Origin: Octopus sinensis
Lineage: Eukaryota
Reading direction: 5' to 3'
NCBI RefSeq assembly: GCF_006345805.1
Contig: NW_021829273.1
Coordinates: 1 to 6,675 of the forward strand
DNA: 6,675 nucleotides
Part shown: piece by piece, positions 1 through 5,918 of the stretch
Layout of the letters: each line of letters begins with the position of its first letter
How positions within the stretch are numbered: the first letter of the stretch is position 1
Notes under the pieces: generated by a model
The model's database searches: none
Seen by the model: the letters and a program-made list of their open reading frames with translations, nothing else
What the model was told of the DNA's origin: nothing
Position numbers and translations under genes: made by a program

Positions 1-181
1 TATTTGGAATGATCAAATTGTTAAACAAACATGTTATATTCATTAAGTAAGACTCTACAGAAATACAACGATATCTATTTCGTCTTAGAGTATCAGTTCA
101 ATTGTTTTTCCTATTTTGCTGTAAAAGAATACATGCAAGGAAGAAGCATGCGAGTGTTGATATTTATTCACGTATATAATA

Positions 182-220
182 CAGAGAGAGAGGGGGGGTG
201 CGGTGAATAAAATGTCGTCT
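182..220 (+). repeat. Left terminal inverted repeat of the maT element, interrupted by a 12-nt GA/G expansion
   Basis: CA (182-183) plus GGGTGCGGTGAATAAAATGTCGTCT (196-220) aligns to the reverse complement of 1415-1441 (CAGGTTGCGATGGGTAAATTGTTGCCA) at 19/27 positions. GAGAGAGAGGGG (184-195) is extra. Confidence 0.7.
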
Positions 221-314
221 AAATTACATAAAAATGAAAATAACACTGACATCTCATTTTAACATATATTTACCAAACTTACATAAAACTATCTTGAAAT
301 ACTAAAGAGTAAAT

Positions 315-1361
315 TTATTTGGTAAAAATTGCCATTGGTTTCAACCACGGCCCCCGGACGACTTCGGATTCTCTTGTAGCTCTTCTGGACGGTTTCCTTG
401 TTTAAGTTGATCAATGCTGCCATAATCCTTGTCTTCAGTTCATGTTTGGTATTACAAGGAATTTTGTTGGTCTCTCGCTCAACTGCGTCCCACACATAAT
501 AATCAAGGGGGTTGCAGTTTGGGGAGTTAGGTGGCCAGATGTTAGGGGTGATGTGATCGCAGAAATTGTCTGACAGCTATGACTGAGATCACCTGTTTGT
601 GGCACATGGTGCAAAGTCGTATTGCCAAACATAGGGTCTTCCAGTTGTCACCCACTTGACCCAGGGCAGCACTACCTCCTCTAGGCGCTTGATGTAGGCA
701 TCCGTGTTGAGTCTGAGGCCGTGTGGGAAAATGAATGGAGATATAACGTCGCCATCACTAGTGATTACTCCAAACATCATGATGTTGACTGGATGTTTGA
801 TTTTTATCACTCTCGGTAATGTTTTGGGGATACGAGAAGCCAGCGGTTGTTCTGTGTGTTCACCAACTGATCTTGGCAAAAATTTTTATCGTCTGGGAAA
901 AAGCAAAGGATGTTCGGTTGGAGATGATGATTGAGTTTGTTCAAAAGCTTCGTAGCGCGGTCTTTCCTCTTGACCCTGATGGCTTGGAATAACAATTGAC
1001 CCTTTCTCATCTTGTATGATAAATACCGAATGTCTTCACGCACTACCTGCATGATAAGAAACTAGACACTTCCATGTCCCTGGTGATGGACCTGACTGAC
1101 TTGGAGAGATCGTTGTCAATCATGGCCTGGATCTCACCAACAAATTCAGTTCTTCTTTTATCACAATGATCAGCGTGAGCTTTCCGATCTGCCGTACCTT
1201 CGTAATCACCACTGGACTCATGCAACTCTTTCCGAATCCTCTGCACTGTCTTCTGATTGACACTCAAACACCTCTGAAATGCTTGTATTGGAGCTTCTGA
1301 CATGAATGCCAAGCAGTACAGCATGTCGAATCGACATTTCTGGTAGAGTGAATTGGATCAT
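315..1361 (-). pseudogene. DD37D (maT-type) transposase pseudogene, roughly 345-350 codons when repaired
   Basis: Manual stitching of ORFs 1043..1324, 807..1052, 589..879 and 289..495. Probable ATG at 1361-1359 (MIQFTLPEMSIRHAVLLGI...). Apparent 1-nt frameshifts near 1273, 1063, 820 and 325, and in-frame stops at 589-591 (TGA) and 577-579 (TAG). Catalytic Asp codons at 891-893, 616-618 and 502-504. Reading through the stops gives exactly 37 residues between D2 and D3. Probable ancestral stop TAA at 317-315. Confidence 0.9.
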
Positions 1362-1414
1362 GGTGCTGTTTTTCTCACAGACGGTGCCCAACTGACTTTA
1401 CTAAAAATACGAAA

Positions 1415-1438
1415 TGGCAACAATTTACCCATCGCAAC

Positions 1439-1441
<3 letters not shown>
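1415..1441 (-). repeat. Right terminal inverted repeat of the maT element
   Basis: The minus strand reads TA|CAGGTTGCGATGGGTAAATTGTTGCCA, a typical Tc1/mariner TA-CAG terminus, about 55-80 nt upstream of the transposase ATG. Confidence 0.75.

Positions 1442-1483
<42 letters not shown>
1442..1483. repeat. (TA)21 microsatellite abutting the transposon end
   Basis: Perfect 42-nt TA run starting at the TA target dinucleotide. Confidence 0.97.
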
Positions 1484-1486
<3 letters not shown>

Positions 1487-1888
1487 AAATTCAAAATGCG
1501 ATAAAATAAAATTAATTATTATCGCTGGTGTTTCTAGCACAGGCCATATATTATTCATATATAAGTACATTAAAGGCGAAGTATGTACTAGAAACACAGA
1601 AGCTTGATAAATTTAGTGAAATGAAGATAAAAACTTTTACTAACTCTGTTCATCTTAGACTGCAGTTTCGCCGTTTTCAGCAATAAAAATAATAATTTTT
1701 ATTTACTCAGGTAGGCTCTTCAGTAAGATTCCTGTTATTATGAAGCGCAACTCGATAGACACATGTGTGTCTACTAATTTGCTCTTTCTAACTAATCATA
1801 TCACTGCGCAGACGCAGAACGAACCCGACAAACTAGGGATTTCTGGTAAATAGTCTAACGCTAAAAATTTATCGAGAAATATGTAAAC

Positions 1889-1915
1889 AATATATATACA
1901 ATATATATATATATA
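1889..1915. repeat. Interrupted (TA)n tract at the boundary of the Penelope-like fragment
   Basis: AATATATATACAATATATATATATATA immediately precedes CCGGAGTAAACAC at 1916. Confidence 0.85.
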
Positions 1916-2006
1916 CCGGAGTAAACACATAAATGTGAAACAAGGTGGAAAAAAAGAGTACTCAAATACATGTGGTAGAGTAATATGCTTTATTTAAAGC
2001 ATCAGA

Positions 2007-2099
2007 AAATTCAACAAAACCTGTTACTCTGAGTTTCGCGTTGCCGTTCATCGGATTAACGGCAACGCGAAACTCAGAGTAACAGGTTTTGTTGAATTT
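2007..2099. repeat. 93-nt near-perfect palindrome (fold-back)
   Basis: 2007-2048 is the exact reverse complement of 2058-2099 (42 bp). ATC at 2050-2052 also pairs with GAT at 2054-2056, so 45 of 46 pairs match around centre 2053, with one mismatch at 2049/2057. Confidence 0.97.
2020..2055 (-). ncRNA. Degenerate minimal type-I hammerhead-ribozyme-like motif
   Basis: Minus strand U-CCGAUGA-ACG-GCAA-CGC-GAAA-CU-CAG-AG-UA-ACAGG. This gives a CUGANGA-like box (U4C), stem II capped by a GNRA loop (10.1-11.1 A.C mismatch), a GAAA box, a short stem III and a GUA cleavage triplet. The 5' strand of stem I is missing apart from one U. Confidence 0.5.
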
Positions 2100-2134
2100 G
2101 AACTTAGAATGTTTGCACGGAAGAAATTCTGCTA

Positions 2135-2218
2135 ATAATGGTTTCAAATTTTGGTACGGAACCAGCAGTTTCTGAGGGGAGGTGAAGTCGACTACAATGA
2201 CTCCTTCCCCAGTACTTG
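2135..2218 (-). mobile_element. 3'-end fragment of a tRNA-derived SINE, same tail as 3573-3729
   Basis: TAATGGTTTCAAATTTTGGTACGGAACCAGCAGTTTCTGAGGGGAGGTGAAGTCGACTACAATGAC aligns by eye with TATTGATTTCAAACTTTGATACAAGATCAGAAATTTCGAAGGAGGAGTTGAGTGGATTACATCAATC, which starts at 3573. Confidence 0.75.
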
Positions 2219-2496
2219 AGTTCAGGATGCAAGGGTACTCCTCTAGCTTTCATGAGAAATACACCAAAGCACCAAAGCAGTTACTCTCTCTTTACTCTTT
2301 TACTTGTTTCAGTCATTTGACTGTGGCCATGCTGGAGAACAGCCTTTAGTCGATCGAGCAAATCGACCCTAGGACTTATTCTTTGTAAGCCTAGTACTTA
2401 TTCTATCTATCTCTTTTGCTGGACCCCTAAGTTACGGGGACGTAAACACACTACCATCGGTTGTCAAGCGATGTTGGGGGGACAAACACAGACACA

Positions 2497-2558
2497 CATA
2501 CATATATACATACATACATACATGTATGCATACAAACATACATACATACATACATACA

Positions 2559-2590
<32 letters not shown>

Positions 2591-2598
2591 CATATATA
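2497..2598. repeat. (CATA)n microsatellite inside the SINE body
   Basis: About 25 CATA units with few interruptions, flanked on both sides by SINE sequence. Confidence 0.95.
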
Positions 2599-2698
2599 CG
2601 ACGGGCTTCTTTCAGTTTCTGTCTGCCAAATCTTCTCACAAGACTTTGGTCGGCCCGAGGCTATAGTAGAAGATACCTTACCCAAGGTGTCACGCAGT

Positions 2699-2752
2699 GG
2701 GACTGAACCCGGAACCATGTGGTTCGTTAGCAAGCTACTTACCACACAGCCA
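2699..2752 (-). promoter_or_regulatory. Internal RNA Pol III type-2 promoter (A and B boxes) of the SINE head
   Basis: A-box-like TGGCTGTGTGG (reverse complement of 2742-2752) and B-box-like GGTTCAGTCCC (reverse complement of 2699-2709), at tRNA-like spacing. Confidence 0.6.
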
Positions 2753-3074
2753 CTCCTACGCCTTACATTATATCATAACTCTGATGTTTTCCAAAGTGGT
2801 AATCCAAGAAAATGGTAAATATTAGTCCAATCGGGTATATATTAACTCAAGCACACCCGTTCGTATCAGGATAGAAGATAATATATTAGATCATCTACAA
2901 AACACACACACACAGATAGACAAATACCACGATATTTAGTTATCCTATGCTAAAAGAAATGTCTGATGTATCGGTGTAACGAACTTCATTGCAGAGGAAA
3001 ATTTCAAGAAAAATATGCATTTATTCACGCCCACACGATTATATTATATGCTTTAAATATATAAATATATAAAA

Positions 3075-3301
3075 GGGCGGCGAGCTGGCAGAAACGTTAG
3101 CGCGCCGGGCGAAATGCTTTGCGGTTTTTCGTCTGTCGTTACGTTCTGGGTTCAAATTCCGCCGAGGTCGACTTTACTACCTTTCATCCTTTCGGGGTCG
3201 ATAAATAAAGTACCAGTTTCGCACTGGGGTCGATGTAATCGACTTACTCCCTTTGTCTGTCCTTGTTTGTCCCCTCTATGTTTAGCTCCTTGTGGGTAGT
3301 A
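3075..3301 (+). mobile_element. tRNA-derived SINE, copy 1 of a head-to-tail dimer
   Basis: GGGCGGCGAGCTGGCAGAAACG (A-box-like 3086-3096), GGTTCAAATTCC (B-box-like 3149-3160), core CCTTTCATCCTTTCGGGGTCGATAAATAAAGTACCAG, and tail TTTGTCTGTCCTTGTTTGTCCCCTCTATGTTTAGCTCCTTGTGGGTAGTAA. Confidence 0.88.
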
Positions 3302-3317
3302 ATATAAATATATAAAA

Positions 3318-3550
3318 GGGCGGCGAGCTGGCAGAAACGTTAGCGCGCCGGGCGAAATGCTTTGCGTCTTTTCGTCTGTCGTTACGTTCTGGGTTCAAAT
3401 TCCGCCGAGGTCAACTTTACCTTTCATCCTTTCGGGGTCGATAAATAAAGTACCAGTTTTGCACTGGGGTCGATGTAATCGACTTACTCCCTTTGTCTGT
3501 CCTTGTTTGTCCCCTCTATGTTTAGCCCCTTGTGGGTAGTAAAGAAATAT
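3318..3550 (+). mobile_element. tRNA-derived SINE, copy 2 of the dimer
   Basis: Starts 243 nt after copy 1. Differs from it by 5 substitutions and one 3-nt indel, and has a slightly longer 3' end (AAAGAAATAT). Confidence 0.88.
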
Positions 3551-3572
3551 ATATAAATATATCGGTGTAATA

Positions 3573-3729
3573 TATTGATTTCAAACTTTGATACAAGATC
3601 AGAAATTTCGAAGGAGGAGTTGAGTGGATTACATCAATCCCAGTGCATTACTGGTATTTATTTTATTGACCCCGAAAGGACGAAAGGCTGAAGCTACCTC
3701 GGCGGAACATAAAACCTGAAGCAATTCCG
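3573..3729 (-). mobile_element. 5'-degenerate SINE sharing the dimer's core but with a different 3' tail
   Basis: Minus strand TTCCGCCGAGGT...CCTTTCGTCCTTTCGGGGTCAATAAAATAAATACCAGTAATGCACTGGGATTGATGTAATCCACT is about 80% identical (hand count) to 3400-3486. It then diverges into CCTTCGAAATTTCTGATCTTGTATCAAAGTTTGAAATCAATA. The 5' boundary is approximate. Confidence 0.85.
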
Positions 3730-3814
3730 TTCAGCATGTCAAACTGTAATTAGTTCACTTGTTTGACCAAAGATAATTTACTCACTGACATATATTTGTG
3801 ACAACGGATATATT

Positions 3815-3930
3815 GGTAGTGGGGATGGTTGTGGAAGTGATGGCAGTGGTGGTGATGGCAGTGGTGGTGGTGATGGCGGTGCTAGTGTTGGAGGTGGTGG
3901 CATTGACGGTGGAGTGGTGGAAAGAATGTG
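3815..3930. repeat. Degenerate (GGT/GAT/GGC)n trinucleotide repeat
   Basis: GTGGTGGTGATGGCAGTGGTGGTGGTGATGGCGGTG... Confidence 0.85.
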
Positions 3931-4093
3931 AAAGAATCCTCTATGTTTTAACAATACGTGGAAGATATCATCTGATATCATCCAGATGTTGTTGAAGAAG
4001 TCGCCGACTTGTAGCGAGGTGACAAGGTTCGTTTCCTAATATTTCAAGTATCATGCCTTTACAACGTCATCCGTTTCTATCTTCTTGCTCCAC

Positions 4094-4147
4094 CTCTCTC
4101 TCTCTCTCTCCCTCTCTCTCTTTCTGCCTCTCCTCCGCTCTCTTTCT
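4094..4147. repeat. (CT)n microsatellite, degenerating 3'
   Basis: CTCTCTCTCTCTCTCTCCCTCTCTCTCTTTCTG... Confidence 0.9.
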
Positions 4148-4271
4148 GTCCAGTATATCAAAATCTTATATCTGTCTCTACAGCTGTTTGCACATCTCTT
4201 TTGTCTCTCAATAAATAATCTTATATTCTTATCGCTTCTTGTCTTGGCCACGTCATTCAAGATATTCTTAT

Positions 4272-4273
<2 letters not shown>

Positions 4274-4309
<36 letters not shown>

Positions 4310-4371
4310 GTGTGTGTGTGTGCGTGTGTGTGTGTATGTGTGTGTGTGTGTGCATGTGCGCGTGTGTATGT
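4274..4371. repeat. (GT)n microsatellite with GC/AT interruptions
   Basis: About 100 nt of GT repeats. Confidence 0.95.
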
Positions 4372-4508
4372 ACATCTATTCGCGTAGCTGAGTGTAAAAA
4401 GACATGTACACACCTCTTTCTCATACTCGATGTACATAACTATTTATCTTTATCTATCTCTCACTCTCTATAAGTATTCAATACACATACACACGCAAAC
4501 ACACACTC

Positions 4509-5336
4509 ATACACACACATGTACATACACACACATGTACATACACACACATGTACATACACACACATGTACATACACACGCATGTACATACACACACAT
4601 GTACATACACACACATGTACATACACACATGTACATACACACGTGTACATGCACACACATGTACATACACACACATGTACATACACACACATGTTCATAC
4701 ACACATGTACATACACACACATGTACATACACACACGAGTACATACACACACATGTACACACACACACATGTTCATACACACATGTACATACACACACAT
4801 GTACATACACACACGAGTACATACACACACGTGTACATACACACACATGTACATTCACACACGTGTACATACACACGTGTACATACACACACGAGTACAT
4901 ACACACACGTGTACATACACACACATGTACATACACACACATGTACATACACACACGTGTACATACACACACATGTACATTCACACACGTGTACATACAC
5001 ACACCTGTACATTCACACACGTGTACATACACACGTGTACATACACACACATGTACATACACACACATGTACATACACACACGTGTACATACACACACAT
5101 GTACATTCACACACGTGTACATACACACACATGTACATTCACACACGTGTACATACACACGTGTACATACACACACATGTACATACACACACGTGTACAT
5201 ACACACACATGTACATACACACACGTGTACATACACACACGTGTACATACACACACATGTACATACACACACGTGTACATACACACACGTGTACATACAC
5301 ACACATGTACATTCACACACATGTACATACACACAT
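4509..5336. repeat. Minisatellite, 16-nt consensus unit ATGTACATACACACAC, about 50 units with 14-nt and substitution variants
   Basis: Recurrent TGTACA core every 14-16 nt. Variant units include ATGTTCATACACAC, GAGTACATACACACAC, GTGTACATACACACAC and ATGTACATTCACACAC. Flanked by impure (CA)n at about 4481-4508 and 5337-5368. Confidence 0.95.
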
Positions 5337-5489
5337 ATACACACATACACATACACACACTTACACACAAGCATATGAGACAAACGACATCTTGAATCGC
5401 CTGCATATGCAAACAGGTGGCATACCTACACGCACGTAAGATGCATGTAGATACGCATATACCGATAAATGTATACAGACACACACCTC

Positions 5490-5918
5490 CATACATACAT
5501 GCATACATAGAAACACAAACATACATACAAACATACATACATACATACATACATACATACATACAAACACATACATACAAATACATACAAACATACATGC
5601 ATGCATGCATATATACATACATACATACATACATATATACATACATACATACAAACACATACGTACATACATACATCCAAAAATATACATACATACATGC
5701 ATACATACATACATACATACATACATACATACATACATACATACAAACACATACGTACATACATACATCCAAACATATACATACATACATATAAACATAC
5801 ATGCATACATACATACATACATTCATATATATTCTCAGATACACACACATATATACATACATTCATATACATGCACACACACACACAAACACACACACAC
5901 TCACACACCCACAAACAC
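5490..5918. repeat. Compound (CATA)n microsatellite grading into (CA)n
   Basis: CATA units from about 5490 to 5870 with CAAA, CGTA and CATG interruptions, then CA-rich sequence to about 5918. Confidence 0.93.

Larger units (their letters stand above)
182..1441 (-). mobile_element. Full-length, decayed Tc1/mariner-superfamily DNA transposon, DD37D (maT) family, about 1.26 kb
   Basis: Interrupted transposase on the minus strand (HTH-like N-terminus, then FFPDDKNF, NTQNNRWL, KHPVNIMMFGVITSDG, VWQYDFAPC, WPPNSPNCNPLDYYVW). Bounded by degenerate inverted repeats that start CAG(G) and are flanked by TA at 180-181 and 1442-1443. Confidence 0.93.
1916..2099 (-). mobile_element. Probable Penelope-like element (PLE) pLTR fragment with a 5' inversion
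   Basis: On the minus strand: a hammerhead-like motif, then AATAAA (reverse complement of 1989-1994), then a terminus in (TA)n. The 5' side is an inverted copy of itself. Hammerhead-bearing terminal repeats and 5'-inverted structures are established PLE features. No RT or GIY-YIG coding sequence is present, so the assignment is inferred from architecture only. Confidence 0.5.
2281..2762 (-). mobile_element. tRNA-derived SINE with a CORE-like central domain, internal microsatellite and tandem-repeat tail (octopus OR2-like; family name tentative)
   Basis: Minus strand: GGCGTAGGAGTGGCTGTGTGGTAAG (A-box-like), GGTTCAGTCCC (B-box-like), then GCGTGACACCTTGGGTAAGGTATCTTCTACTATAGCCTC, which resembles the MIR-type CORE motif (GTGACCTTGGGCAAG...GCCTC). 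Next are the internal (TATG)n tract and a tail ending CCAGCATGGCCACAGTCAAATGACTGAAACAAGT with AAAGAGT-type short repeats. Confidence 0.85.

Noticed and set aside
1711-1722. Possible 12-nt microexon (TTTACTCAG|GTAGGCTCTTCA|GTAAGA)
   Set aside because: Splice-like motifs are common in AT-rich DNA, and there is no expression or conservation evidence in the window.
1756-1773. Small inverted repeats TAGACACA/TGTGTCTA here and TGTTTCTAG/CTAGAAACA at 1529-1595
   Set aside because: Stems of 8-9 bp are expected by chance in this composition and have no associated TSD or element structure.
1962-2147. 61-aa minus-strand ORF spanning the palindrome
   Set aside because: It crosses the junctions of unrelated repeat fragments and has no recognisable RT or endonuclease motif.
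2699-2762. tRNA-like heads here and at 3075-3160 and 3318-3403 as tRNA genes
   Set aside because: A/B-box-like motifs are present, but I could not fold a convincing cloverleaf, and each continues into a SINE core and tail.
3114-3539. Duplicated 60-61 aa ORFs (MLCGFSSVVTFW...) that look like tandem small genes
   Set aside because: They lie wholly within the two SINE copies and are incidental reading frames of non-coding retroposons.
2969-3570. 11-bp direct repeat TATCGGTGTAA at 2969-2979 and 3560-3570 as a TSD of a larger composite insertion
   Set aside because: The sequences after the two copies are unrelated, no element ends map to them, and one 11-mer match within about 1 kb is plausible by chance.
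3778-3995. Proline-rich ORF 3778..3981 (-) and Val/Met-rich ORF 3798..3995 (+)
   Set aside because: Both compositions come from the degenerate (GGT)n repeat at 3815-3930.
4509-5336. Regularly spaced palindromic core resembling a CRISPR array
   Set aside because: The units are 14-16 nt and directly tandem, with no unique spacers. The context is eukaryotic and there are no cas genes.
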